Source of the DNA: Spirochaetaceae bacterium
Lineage (GTDB): Bacteria > Spirochaetota > Spirochaetia > WRBN01
Direction: 5' to 3'
Length of the DNA: 44,902 nucleotides
Assembly (NCBI GenBank): GCA_020024055.1
Contig: JAHHUI010000001.1
Location: forward strand, 1 to 44,902
The notes beneath the pieces were generated by a model that was not told where the DNA came from, made no database searches, and worked only from the letters and a program-made list of their open reading frames with translations. The translations under genes were made by a program, and so were the position numbers. This document shows, in pieces, positions 29,430-39,667 of the stretch (position 1 is its first letter; each line of letters starts with the position of its first letter).

Positions 29430-32201
29430 ATGATCACAAAATTAGCCACACTGATTTTCGGTAGCAAATATCAACGTGATATCCGCGCACTATTACCTAT
29501 TCTACGCAAGGTGAATGCTAAAGAACAATGGGCATTATCCTTAAAAAAAGAAGATTTTCCGCGGTATACACAAGAGTTTCGTGATCGCCTAAGCCAGGGT
29601 GAAACTTTAGATGATTTATTGCCCGAGGCTTTTGCCCTGGCCAGAGAAGCCTGTCGGCGCGTGCTGGGCGAACGCCCTTATGATGTGCAGATCCTCGGCG
29701 GTATTGTCCTGCATCAGGGGCGCATCACAGAAATGAAAACCGGTGAAGGTAAAACATTGACCAGCGTGACAGCAGCCTATCTGAATGCCCTGAGCGGGAA
29801 AGGTGTTCATATTGTCACTGTGAACGACTATTTGGCTGAACGTGACAGCCAATGGATGGGCCGTGTGCATGAATATTTGGGCTTGAGTGTGGGAGCTATT
29901 CTCAGCGATATGGACAGTGCCCAGCGCCAAAAATCTTATCAATGTGATATCACCTATGGCACAAATAACGAATTAGGTTTTGATTATCTGCGTGACAATA
30001 TGCGATGGGACAGCGAAGATCAATGTCAAAGAGGCCATCATTTTGCCATTGTTGACGAAATTGACAGCATCCTTATTGATGAAGCGCGTACGCCCCTGAT
30101 TATATCGGGCCCCGTGGAAGAAGACACCAGCCGCATTGCCACGATCAACGGCCTGGCTAAATTCCTGAAAGAAGTGGAAAAAGACCCTAAAACAGGGCAT
30201 TATCCCGTGGATGATCCTTTGGTGAAAACCGTGCATAAAGGGGATTATAAACTGGATGAAAAAAATAAAAATGTGCATTTGACCGACGAGGGTTTAAACA
30301 ATATTGAACGCCTGTTGCAGCAAAAAAACCTGATTCAGGGTTCTTTGTTTGATGAAGAAAATTTTGAATTTACACACTATTTTATACAGGCATTGAAGGC
30401 ACATTATCTTTTCCATATTGATGTCAGCTATGTGGTGCAGGACGACCAGGTGCAAATTGTTGACGAATTCACCGGGCGTATCTTGCATGGCCGGCGCTAT
30501 TCAGACGGCCTGCATCAGGCCATCGAAGCCAAAGAAGGTATTCAAGTGGCCAAGCGCAATGTCACCCTGGCTACCATCACTTTCCAGAATTTTTTCCGCA
30601 TGTACACCAAGCTTTCGGGAATGACAGGCACAGCTGACACAGAAGCACAGGAATTTGCGAAAATCTATAATTTAGATGTTGTGGTGATCCCCTCTAATCG
30701 GCCCGTGGCACGCAATGATATGCACGATGAAATCTATCTTAATGAGGCATTTAAATACAATTCCATTGTGGAAGAGATTGCCCATCATCACAAGCGCGGC
30801 CAGCCAATTCTTGTGGGCACAGTCAGCGTTGAACGCAGTGAAAAGATCAGCGCGCTGCTGACCAAAAAAGGGATTCGCCATGAAGTATTAAATGCCAAAA
30901 ATCATGCGCGTGAGGCTTCTATCATTGCCGAGGCAGGCGCCAAAGGCGCAGTGACCATTGCCACCAATATGGCCGGACGCGGTACAGATATCAAGCTGGG
31001 TGGCAACCCGGAAACGCGCGCACGCAAACGATGCGGAAGCTCTGCCAGCGAAGAAGAATATGTGAAAGTCTTGGCAGAGGAAATGAGCAAATGGCAAAAG
31101 CATTATGAAGAGGTGTGTGCCTTGGGCGGTTTATATGTGATTGGAACAGAACGCCATGAATCCCGCCGCATTGACAATCAGCTGCGCGGACGTTCAGGTC
31201 GCCAGGGCGACCCAGGAGCCACAAAGTTTTACATCAGCCTGGAAGACGATCTCATGCGCCTATTCGGGGGAGACCGTTTCCGCAATATGATGGCACGCCT
31301 GGGCATGGACAGCGGCGAGGCGTTGCAGCACCCCTGGGTGTCAAAATCTATTGAGCGTGCCCAGAAACGTGTGGAAGAGCGCAATTATGAAATCCGTAAA
31401 CATCTCTTGGAATATGATGATGTTTTGAACAAACAACGTACCTATTTCTATGAACTGCGCAATAGTATTTTAACCGACAATAATCTGCTTGAACGCCTGC
31501 TGAACACAGGATATCAATTATTGGATGAGATTCTCGATGAATATGAGATCTTCCTGCGTAAAGCAAATACAATGACAGAAGCCGACAATTTTTTATTGGA
31601 TCGACTGAATGAACAATTAGGCTTTATCCCCGACGATCGAGAAAGCTTTTTAGGCCAAGACCGCCAAAATCGCTATGACATTGTTGCAAAATATATGGCC
31701 AATAATTTACAGGAAAAGGCCAATATGATCGGCAGCGAGAATTTCAATCAATTCCTGCGCTTTGAATATTTGCGATTATTAGACGATCGCTGGCAGAATC
31801 ACCTGGAGATGATGGAATCTTTACGTGAATCTGTGACATTGCGGCATTATGCCCAGAAAAACCCCTTGGTAGAATATAAAATTGAAGGATTCGCTTTATT
31901 CGATGAATTCATTGATAAAATCCCTGTGACATTAGCGGCAAAGATTTTCAGGATTCAAGTGCGCACAGCACCCAGCCATGAAAGTAATAGAGAAAGAAAA
32001 AATTCCAAAGCATCTCATGAAAGCTTGAATAATTTAGATGTGATGAAAATAAACAACCGCCAAATGAAAAAAGGCGAAAGACAGGAAGCCACTGGCACGG
32101 GCATTCAAATTCGCAGAACAAGTGAAAAGATAGGCCGCAATGATCCCTGCCCCTGTGGAAGCGGGAAAAAATATAAATATTGCCATGGCAAAGATCAGTG
32201 A
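29430..32201 (+). CDS. secA: Preprotein translocase ATPase SecA
   Basis: [37 protein letters not shown], and the C-terminal zinc site [14 protein letters not shown]. Confidence 0.97.
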   Translation: MITKLATLIFGSKYQRDIRALLPILRKVNAKEQWALSLKKEDFPRYTQEFRDRLSQGETLDDLLPEAFALAREACRRVLGERPYDVQILGGIVLHQGRITEMKTGEGKTLTSVTAAYLNALSGKGVHIVTVNDYLAERDSQWMGRVHEYLGLSVGAILSDMDSAQRQKSYQCDITYGTNNELGFDYLRDNMRWDSEDQCQRGHHFAIVDEIDSILIDEARTPLIISGPVEEDTSRIATINGLAKFLKEVEKDPKTGHYPVDDPLVKTVHKGDYKLDEKNKNVHLTDEGLNNIERLLQQKNLIQGSLFDEENFEFTHYFIQALKAHYLFHIDVSYVVQDDQVQIVDEFTGRILHGRRYSDGLHQAIEAKEGIQVAKRNVTLATITFQNFFRMYTKLSGMTGTADTEAQEFAKIYNLDVVVIPSNRPVARNDMHDEIYLNEAFKYNSIVEEIAHHHKRGQPILVGTVSVERSEKISALLTKKGIRHEVLNAKNHAREASIIAEAGAKGAVTIATNMAGRGTDIKLGGNPETRARKRCGSSASEEEYVKVLAEEMSKWQKHYEEVCALGGLYVIGTERHESRRIDNQLRGRSGRQGDPGATKFYISLEDDLMRLFGGDRFRNMMARLGMDSGEALQHPWVSKSIERAQKRVEERNYEIRKHLLEYDDVLNKQRTYFYELRNSILTDNNLLERLLNTGYQLLDEILDEYEIFLRKANTMTEADNFLLDRLNEQLGFIPDDRESFLGQDRQNRYDIVAKYMANNLQEKANMIGSENFNQFLRFEYLRLLDDRWQNHLEMMESLRESVTLRHYAQKNPLVEYKIEGFALFDEFIDKIPVTLAAKIFRIQVRTAPSHESNRERKNSKASHESLNNLDVMKINNRQMKKGERQEATGTGIQIRRTSEKIGRNDPCPCGSGKKYKYCHGKDQ

Positions 32202-32206
32202 GCAGA

Positions 32207-33118
32207 TTAATTAGTTTCTAGGGCCTGATTATTTTTTTCCACCCAGATATTTAATTCTGTGTTTTGCTCTAAATCGTTGGCAGAACAATAAATACGACTG
32301 CCCTCTTGCCCAACCAGCACAAGCACACGAGAAAGAATATTCACCTCGCGCACATGCCATTTCTGATCGTTCAATACAACAACACTGCCCAGTTTGGGCA
32401 AAGTCTTTTTTTCCTCAACGTATTGTTGATGTTCATATGCCAAGCAACAAAATAAACGCCCGCAAGGCCCTGATAATTTTGATGAATTAGGTGAGTGTGA
32501 TTGCTCTTTCAGCATTTTCATAGAAATATTGCCAGTATCACGGCCAATACTTCGACAGCAAAACTCTCGCCCGCAAACAGCCAACCCACCAAGAATACGA
32601 GTCTCTTCTCTTGTATTAATTTGCCACAGCTCTATGCGATATTGAAGACTGAGCGCCAAGTCTTTAACCAGATTACGAAAGTCCACCCGTTCTTCGGCTG
32701 TGAAGAGAAAAATAATTTTAGTTTCATCCAGCAAGACATGTGATGAAACTAATTTCATATCTAAATTTTTATGTTGTGCTAATATTTTCTGAAAAATTTT
32801 CCCAGCTTTTACTGACTCTTTTTGCAGTTTTTCAGCTTTTTTAATATCATCATTTGTTGCACATTGCATAATATCAATAAAATCATACTGGCAATATCGC
32901 GAGTTCCTGGCACCAATAACCCTTAAAAGATCCAGGCCTTGAGGCATCTTACACACAACAAAAGTATCAACCTCTAATGGAGTTTTCTCATAAAATCCCT
33001 GAAAAAGCTGCTTTGAAAAATCTGAACGTAATATATAAAAATGGCCTTTTTCTGCATTTGGCCCTTCACTATGCTTTCCACAGCAATGAGAACAACCATT
33101 ACAATTTGTTTTTTCCAA
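32207..33118 (-). CDS. PSP1 domain protein (YaaT/RicT-like)
   Basis: IIFLFTAEERVDFRNLVKDLA...IELWQI..R..GGLAVCGREFCC...GPCGRLFCCLAYE. Confidence 0.9.
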   Translation of the reverse strand: MEKTNCNGCSHCCGKHSEGPNAEKGHFYILRSDFSKQLFQGFYEKTPLEVDTFVVCKMPQGLDLLRVIGARNSRYCQYDFIDIMQCATNDDIKKAEKLQKESVKAGKIFQKILAQHKNLDMKLVSSHVLLDETKIIFLFTAEERVDFRNLVKDLALSLQYRIELWQINTREETRILGGLAVCGREFCCRSIGRDTGNISMKMLKEQSHSPNSSKLSGPCGRLFCCLAYEHQQYVEEKKTLPKLGSVVVLNDQKWHVREVNILSRVLVLVGQEGSRIYCSANDLEQNTELNIWVEKNNQALETN

Positions 33119-33132
33119 CTTTTAATAAAACC

Positions 33133-33645
33133 TCATCGTCTATAATCAATTAACAAACCACGTATCTCATCTATTCTCTCCAAAATAGAAAATGCTTCTG
33201 ACTGCTCACTAAGCACCGCACGAGCCAATCGCTCTAAGCGTTCATCGACAACTTGTATAAGTGAATACTCTCTTTGCAGCATTGTGCGTGGGTTGACAGC
33301 ACCTTTTATGTGTATATGTTTATAAGCATTTTTTAGAACCATATCTAGAAAGTGCCTGACGGCTTTTTTATAATCCATCAATTTTCGTAAGCCATGATCT
33401 TTTTTTAGCTCTTCACCTATCATAAAAACAGTATCCAAAGCTTGTTCAAAACTTAGATCATCAATCTCAATTTTAGATTGGATTCCAATTTGCTCTTCCA
33501 GTTGGGCAGTATGATTAGCCTGTTGAAGAATATTAGAAAAAGAGGTGCTGGAAGGTAATTTAGATTTTTTAGAAGATAATCCTTTATTTTTTTCTTTAAC
33601 AGGCGAAAGATGATGTTGTGATTGGAGAAGTGTAACAGGATCCAA
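33133..33645 (-). CDS. DUF327 (YaaR-like) protein
   Basis: YKKAVRHFL...REYSLIQVVDERLERL...IDEIRGLLIDY matches my memory of the YaaR family pattern. Confidence 0.6.
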   Translation of the reverse strand: MDPVTLLQSQHHLSPVKEKNKGLSSKKSKLPSSTSFSNILQQANHTAQLEEQIGIQSKIEIDDLSFEQALDTVFMIGEELKKDHGLRKLMDYKKAVRHFLDMVLKNAYKHIHIKGAVNPRTMLQREYSLIQVVDERLERLARAVLSEQSEAFSILERIDEIRGLLIDYRR

Positions 33646-33654
33646 AGTCGTGTT

Positions 33655-34077
33655 CTATCCCTTATCTTGCGATGAATTACTATGCCAATCAACAGTATAA
33701 ATAGAAGTTTCTAAATTATTATTCTTATTTTCTTCAGAAGGAGTGGGTATTACTTCACACAGGCCATGCAACACGGCACCGCTTTCCACCAACATCAACG
33801 GGGCTCTCACATTGCCAATAACAAATGCTGTAGAAAGAATCTCTAATACTTCGGAAGCATAAATATCGCCCACAACAGAACCGGCCACAATAATGACACG
33901 TGCTTTTATAGAACTTTTTACACGTCCACTTTTTCCAACAAGAACCTTGTCTGCGCGCCGGATAGAACCAACAAAATCGCCATCAATACGCACTAGACCA
34001 TCTAATTCCAGCTCTCCTGAGAATTTTGCACCCTCTCCAATAACGGAATTAACAACAGCGATCACTTCTCTGGCCAT
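33655..34077 (-). CDS. Bactofilin (polymer-forming cytoskeletal protein, DUF583)
   Basis: Repetitive beta-helix pattern: IGEGAKFSGELELDGLVRIDGDFVGSI..VLVGKSGRVKSSI..VIIVAGSVVGDI. Confidence 0.8.
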   Translation of the reverse strand: MAREVIAVVNSVIGEGAKFSGELELDGLVRIDGDFVGSIRRADKVLVGKSGRVKSSIKARVIIVAGSVVGDIYASEVLEILSTAFVIGNVRAPLMLVESGAVLHGLCEVIPTPSEENKNNNLETSIYTVDWHSNSSQDKG

Positions 34078-34096
34078 GATAGGCTCTCTCTTCCTT

Positions 34097-35104
34097 CTAT
34101 TTCTTGTAGCTTGCCTTCAGGTGACGATTTCCACCTTGGCTTACCATGGTAAGATAACGCATAGGATCAACCACTTCTGTGCCAATACGCACCTCAAAAT
34201 GCAAATGCGGCCCTGTTACACGCCCGCTGCTGCCCATATAGCCAATTAAATCGCCCTGGCCTAATTCCTGGCCAACTTTCACACTATATCTCTGCATATG
34301 TCCATACAGAGTGTAAAAACCATAACGATGACGTATCACCACATAAAAACCATAGCCATTAGGGTCATATTCAGCCTTCACTACAGTACCGCTGGCTGCC
34401 GCAACAATTGGTGTTCCCGGCGAAAAAGCAATATCCAAACCTGTGTGAAACTGCCATTCATACGTGAAGGGATCACGTGAAGGGCCAAAACGCTGTGTTA
34501 TATAGCCTGTCACCCCAGCGCCTAATGGCCAGCGTGTCGGCATATCTTTAAACATACCCTGCTGAGCTTCAAAATTACCATAAATGGTATTCAGTTCGGG
34601 CTCAATCTGATCTATGATTGATATCACTTCTTTTAATGTGGCACTTTCCTGGGGCAATGCACCCCCGCCCTGGTCCACAATACTTTTCTGAATGGAAGAC
34701 AAATCTCCTGTTGTCACTTCCACTGTTCCGCCGCCTTGGCCTAAATGACCTGAGACATCACTGACAATTTCCTGTAAAACTTCAGCACGACGCCTTAAAA
34801 GATCAATATCAGAACGAATTACAGCCATAGAAGCCTGGGCCTGCTGCAATTCTTTATCTGTTTGTTTCACCCAGCGATTTGCCTGAACCCAACCCAAGGA
34901 AAAGACAAATACACCTATCAAGAGACCTGCTAACAGGAATAATCCAATCCAAATGGACATTACAGAAACACGTAACTGCAAAACTTTGCTAACATCATGA
35001 GGTGTTACCATGATTGTCAGCTGGCGTTGTCCTTTGTCTAAGAGATCTTTAACCCAGCCACAGAATCCTGTTGCTTTTTTCACTCTACGCCGGTGTCTAT
35101 GCAT
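34097..35104 (-). CDS. M23 family (LytM-type) metallopeptidase with N-terminal TM anchor and coiled coil
   Basis: HTGLDIA (HxxxD), GHMQRYSV, and GSSGRVTGPHLHFEV (HxH). Confidence 0.9.
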   Translation of the reverse strand: MHRHRRRVKKATGFCGWVKDLLDKGQRQLTIMVTPHDVSKVLQLRVSVMSIWIGLFLLAGLLIGVFVFSLGWVQANRWVKQTDKELQQAQASMAVIRSDIDLLRRRAEVLQEIVSDVSGHLGQGGGTVEVTTGDLSSIQKSIVDQGGGALPQESATLKEVISIIDQIEPELNTIYGNFEAQQGMFKDMPTRWPLGAGVTGYITQRFGPSRDPFTYEWQFHTGLDIAFSPGTPIVAAASGTVVKAEYDPNGYGFYVVIRHRYGFYTLYGHMQRYSVKVGQELGQGDLIGYMGSSGRVTGPHLHFEVRIGTEVVDPMRYLTMVSQGGNRHLKASYKK

Positions 35105-35127
35105 ACACCCCCCATAAAAACGATACC

Positions 35128-35156
35128 ACTATAGCACAGAGACAGAAGATTGTCAA
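35128..35156 (-). promoter_or_regulatory. Near-consensus sigma70 promoter for the M23-bactofilin-DUF327-PSP1 operon (TTGACA-17 nt-TATAGT)
   Basis: On the minus strand: TTGACA (35156-35151), a 17-nt spacer, TATAGT (35133-35128). A G-rich RBS and the ATG at 35104 follow. Confidence 0.65.
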
Positions 35157-35246
35157 ATCCCTGGATATACTATACTAAAAACAAAATAATATCTCTTCAC
35201 TCTTCGGTAGTACTTTGTTTAAAGATAAATTGAATCTGGGAAATAG

Positions 35247-38144
35247 CTATAAGAATTTGCTTACAGGTTTGTCTATTAGTATTTTTTGCACAAAATATCC
35301 GTTTTCCAGCATCTTGCGCGACTTTAATTCCGTGCATCGATTGGATCGATTTGTGAAAAGTCGAATGGCCCTATTATGCGCCATGCGCTTGCGCTCTGGT
35401 TCATCACACAGCTGAGAATAATAATATAGATATAAATAAGAATATAAATCATCCGTATTGGCATTATCCATTTCACATAATTCTTCCAGCATAGGAAAAG
35501 AGATTTCTTTATCCCCGTTCAGGCCCAGCATATAGTAAAAAAATCCACGCGTCAGGCGTTCTTGCATATTGAAACCCAGATATCCTTTCTCCACATAGCC
35601 TTCAATCAGACTGTATCCGCTGAACCAGTCTTCATTATCTAGCTGTGGCATCACTTGATGAGACAAAGGAAAAAACTGCATTGCTTTTTGCACGGCGGCT
35701 AAGGCATTTTCAATTTGCCCGCTGATAAAATAAGCTTCGGCTAAATAATATTGGGCTTCAGCTCCCCCTAAAATTTTCAGCCGATTAATTGCCTCTTCTG
35801 TCTGATTCATATAGCTGTAGCATCGCCCGCGCCAGGCATTAATCACATCCCGCATCCATATATAGCCATAAGACAGACTGACACGTTCCAGTTTTTTCAA
35901 CTGGGCCAGGGCATCTTGATAATTGCCATATTCAAAACAAATACGGATATGGACAAAACGGAAAAAAGCCTCTTTTCTTCTAAATCCGTAAGCAATGCTA
36001 CGCTCGATTCCCTCGCTGACAGTCAGCAAGGCCTGATGCATGCTGCCATGAAGGAAATTTTCCAGACAGGCTAATTTCAAAGAAAGAACTATCAATTCTG
36101 CCCGGTCAACCTGCCGGCTGGACTCATTAGACAAATGACAATAATCAAAAGCCATGCGAAAACGTCTATTGAAAAATTCAATATATGACATTTCAATGAT
36201 AGAGCGGCATTCACCAGCCTTGTCACCCCAGCGCTGAAACAGGCTCACCACTTCTTTAATTTCCTGCGGCGCTGCGCTGGGATTTCCCAATGCTGTGTAA
36301 TAAATTTGGCAGTATAATAGCAGCCACACGGCCACAGGCTCTGCATTACGCGGGTGAAACTGAATAATACTGGCGATATGCTCCTGCAAATCCTGCATAT
36401 TTTCAGACTCATTACGCTGAACCCGATAGGCAAAATTATAAGTATCCAGCAGACGTTGCAGTCGCCCGGTGGCCACCTCGCTCAGTTCAATTTGCTTAAA
36501 ATATTGATAATTCAGCCAATTCACTAAATCTTTTGAACGTGTTTGCAGTCTTTCGGCCAATAAATGCTGCAAAACCTCTAACCCTTCATCAATGAGGCCT
36601 AATTTTTCCACCAGCTTGAACAAATAAGCCTGATTAATCGATTTTCGGCATTCTTCTTTAGAAAGAATTGTTCTTGCCAAATCCAGCTCGAGCTCAGCAA
36701 CCTGCTCTTCCATTGCTGAGGAAAGCATATTGCCAAAAACCTTGACAGTCAGCCAGGGTCGCGTGTTCAAATCACGCACCAAGCCCAGCTCGGCAAAAAC
36801 CTTACAGCGCTGCACAATCAGGGCACGCCAGTATTTCTCCTTTACAGTGGCATCCAAAATCCATTCATAGGGCACCATGCCATCGGCCACGGAAATAAGA
36901 TAAACAATGCGGCTGGAAAGCTCATCAAAGCCCTTGATCAGCCAATATAAAACCGGCGTCAGAGAAAATTCACCAAAATAATTCTGGCCATTTGTGGCAT
37001 AATTCCAATAGAACAAGAGCAAAGCCATGGGGTTTAAATCATTCAGTCGTGAGGAAGGAATGGCCAAGGCAGTCTCTTTGACAATAAACTCATGCGCAGA
37101 TTTATTGTCCAGAATAATCGCTGCCTCATCCATTTGAAGAATGCCACCCTCGTGCTTTTCAGTCAGATGTACTACAATCACGTTTTCCGAAATTGCTGCA
37201 GAAATGATATCTTTTAATAAATTACTGCCGTCATTGCCAAATCTTTTTGCCCCTTCCACAATCATCACGGGCATGCTCTCCGCCAAAATCTGACGATACA
37301 CAGGCAAATATAAACGGAAAAAAGCCAGCAAATCCTCGTGTTCATTATCACTTTTCACACGCACATCATGCTCATCAAACGCAGAAAGCCATTTCAGCAG
37401 GCGCAGCACCATAAAATCTTGACTGCCGGCATGGGCCTGCTGCACGGCAGAGAGTACATCAGGTGTCATAATGCGACGAAAAGGTAAATATTCATCAATA
37501 TAGCTGCCCTGGCTGCACAAATATAACAAAGGCAAATTTACTTTCTTCTTTGCAGTCTGCTCGAAAAGTCTTTGTATATTTTCAAAACCGCCATAGCCCA
37601 AAGGACTGATGACATGCAAGACCTGGCCCTGTCCGCGTGAGATGATGGCATCAAGCACCTCTTTAAGAGCCAAGCTGTTAAAAATACAATCTCTGACAAC
37701 AGGTTTTAATCCCTTTTGCAGATTAATCTTCTTAATGCGCTGCAAGGCGCCTTTTTCTTCTGTTCTGATTCGGCTGCCAAACATCTCAGCCAAAGAGGAG
37801 TCCAGCCAGGCGCAATTGTCTTTATCCACAAAATAGCGCCAAGGGCCCATATCAATATGATTTTCATTCTCACACACGCTGATAAACAGCGAATAGCCAT
37901 AGAGTGCGTCTTCTTTTTCCTTTAAAAAGGCTTGTAAGCCTTGTAAAGCCTGTAAACAAATATTGACTGATTCGACATGGTCTGAAGGCAGGACATAAGT
38001 GTACACATGCTGAGGGCCATTTGCCAAAGACAGACCAAAACCTTCAGCGATGTGATCCAGCTTATGGGAAAAATCTTCCATGAACTCACTTTCCACGCGT
38101 TTAAGCTGAGAACATCCGTTTAATGTGACAAAAATACAGTACAA
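35247..38144 (-). CDS. Large TPR-repeat protein with a STAND/cyclase-ATPase-TPR-like layout but a degenerate P-loop
   Basis: The C-terminal third is rich in TPR-like A/Y/L helical repeats (..AEAYFISGQIENALAAVQKAMQ..). The position expected for Walker A reads ISPLGYGGFEN, with no GK[ST]. An alternative start is M22 (ATG 38079-38081). Confidence 0.45.
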   Translation of the reverse strand: MYCIFVTLNGCSQLKRVESEFMEDFSHKLDHIAEGFGLSLANGPQHVYTYVLPSDHVESVNICLQALQGLQAFLKEKEDALYGYSLFISVCENENHIDMGPWRYFVDKDNCAWLDSSLAEMFGSRIRTEEKGALQRIKKINLQKGLKPVVRDCIFNSLALKEVLDAIISRGQGQVLHVISPLGYGGFENIQRLFEQTAKKKVNLPLLYLCSQGSYIDEYLPFRRIMTPDVLSAVQQAHAGSQDFMVLRLLKWLSAFDEHDVRVKSDNEHEDLLAFFRLYLPVYRQILAESMPVMIVEGAKRFGNDGSNLLKDIISAAISENVIVVHLTEKHEGGILQMDEAAIILDNKSAHEFIVKETALAIPSSRLNDLNPMALLLFYWNYATNGQNYFGEFSLTPVLYWLIKGFDELSSRIVYLISVADGMVPYEWILDATVKEKYWRALIVQRCKVFAELGLVRDLNTRPWLTVKVFGNMLSSAMEEQVAELELDLARTILSKEECRKSINQAYLFKLVEKLGLIDEGLEVLQHLLAERLQTRSKDLVNWLNYQYFKQIELSEVATGRLQRLLDTYNFAYRVQRNESENMQDLQEHIASIIQFHPRNAEPVAVWLLLYCQIYYTALGNPSAAPQEIKEVVSLFQRWGDKAGECRSIIEMSYIEFFNRRFRMAFDYCHLSNESSRQVDRAELIVLSLKLACLENFLHGSMHQALLTVSEGIERSIAYGFRRKEAFFRFVHIRICFEYGNYQDALAQLKKLERVSLSYGYIWMRDVINAWRGRCYSYMNQTEEAINRLKILGGAEAQYYLAEAYFISGQIENALAAVQKAMQFFPLSHQVMPQLDNEDWFSGYSLIEGYVEKGYLGFNMQERLTRGFFYYMLGLNGDKEISFPMLEELCEMDNANTDDLYSYLYLYYYSQLCDEPERKRMAHNRAIRLFTNRSNRCTELKSRKMLENGYFVQKILIDKPVSKFL

Positions 38145-38189
38145 ACCAATCCCCCATTAAATTATGGCCCCTAATTTATATCGGCGCTG

Positions 38190-38705
38190 CTAGAGCGGGT
38201 AATCAGCACTAAAAGCAAGGATTTTCCACTTTTGATCACTTTGCTGCACCATGGTCAGCAAAACAAGAGTCTTTTTTCCAAATCCGATCAGCTTGCCCTG
38301 GATTTGATACAAGTTTCGATTTTGAGGCTGGGCCACACCAATACGAAATGATGTAAAACTAAGATTATTTTTAAGCAGATCCTGCATATAGGCACGCAAA
38401 ACCTGTACTGAATCGGCAGCAATAAGGTCTAAGCGAATTTTGCCATCCATATAGGCATTCAGAAATTCATATGCGGCCACTGTGCGTGGATGAACAGACG
38501 TATCGAGCATGCCTAAATCTTCGTCCTGGGCCAAATGCGGATTATTCAAGCCCTCACCCAAAGCAAAAATCAGAGGTGTTCTTTCTTTAGAAAGAATCTC
38601 TTTTTCTTCCTCTGGAACCGGTGGCATTTGGGCAGCGACAAAGGAAATACGAGATATACAATATATAAAAATGAAAGAGAGTATATGTTTTTCTACATGC
38701 TTCAC
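38190..38705 (-). CDS. Secreted hypothetical protein (171 aa)
   Basis: A signal-peptide-like N-terminus (ILSFIFIYCISRISFVAAQ). It lies 45 nt upstream of the TPR gene on the same strand. Confidence 0.5.
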   Translation of the reverse strand: MKHVEKHILSFIFIYCISRISFVAAQMPPVPEEEKEILSKERTPLIFALGEGLNNPHLAQDEDLGMLDTSVHPRTVAAYEFLNAYMDGKIRLDLIAADSVQVLRAYMQDLLKNNLSFTSFRIGVAQPQNRNLYQIQGKLIGFGKKTLVLLTMVQQSDQKWKILAFSADYPL

Positions 38706-38902
38706 TTTTCAAAGTCTCTTGCTAAAGCTATAATAGATGTATCCTTGCAGCGTCAAGTACCCGTAGGGTTTATTATCTTTGTATACACAGGCATATTTTA
38801 TATCTTACACAGAAAATGTCATCAAAGATGCAAAGATAACGCCTAAAGCTGGAAGAAATGACAAGCACAGGGGAAAGTTTGAGCCGCAAAGGGGGACATT
38901 AA

Positions 38903-39661
38903 ATGATTAGAACTTTACCTAAAAATTTTCGATGGGTATTTTTTGGCGATTCTATCACAGATGCAAATCGCCTGATTTCTTTAAATCCGCAAAAAGCGAT
39001 GGGCCATGGCTATGCACTGATTGCCAGTGATTTGGTGAACAATCTGGCTCCTGAGATTTCATGCCAGCCTATCAATCGAGGCATATCGGGCAATCGCCTG
39101 CATGACCTTATCTTGCGTCTGGACAAAGATGTGATTGACGAGCAGCCGGATCTGGTGAGCATCTTGGTGGGAATTAACGATGTTCTGCGGGCTTTTGACC
39201 GCGATGAGCCTTCGCCTTTGGAACAATTCGGCCATGCCTATCGTGCGATGATCACTGAAATTCAAGGCCGCACAGGCGCAAAAATCATTCTGATGGAACC
39301 CTATCTTCTTTTGGTTCACCCAGAAAAACAAAGTGTGATGGTGGACGAATTGAAAGCCAAGCAAGACCTTATTGCAGAGATCGCACAGGAATTCAATCTG
39401 CCCTTCATTCACCTTCAGGAAAGATTCAACACATTGTGCAAATATCGCCAGGAAAATTTCTGGAGCGCCGATGGCATTCATCCCACACATTCAGGGCATA
39501 TGACCATTGCGCTGGAATTGATTAAGATTCTCATGGTGAAAGAATTCCAAAGCAGTGAGGATCAGATGAGCACACAGGCAACTGACAATAAAACACAACA
39601 GACTGAATCATCCCCTCAGGGCAAAGCAGCAGGCAAAAAGAAAAAGAAAAGAGAGTCTTAA
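38903..39661 (+). CDS. SGNH/GDSL hydrolase with a Lys-rich C-terminal tail
   Basis: Block I FFGDSITDA, block II-like GISGN, block III GINDV, block V DGIHPTHSGH. The tail is ..GKAAGKKKKKRES. Confidence 0.8.
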   Translation: MIRTLPKNFRWVFFGDSITDANRLISLNPQKAMGHGYALIASDLVNNLAPEISCQPINRGISGNRLHDLILRLDKDVIDEQPDLVSILVGINDVLRAFDRDEPSPLEQFGHAYRAMITEIQGRTGAKIILMEPYLLLVHPEKQSVMVDELKAKQDLIAEIAQEFNLPFIHLQERFNTLCKYRQENFWSADGIHPTHSGHMTIALELIKILMVKEFQSSEDQMSTQATDNKTQQTESSPQGKAAGKKKKKRES

Positions 39662-39667
39662 ACACAC

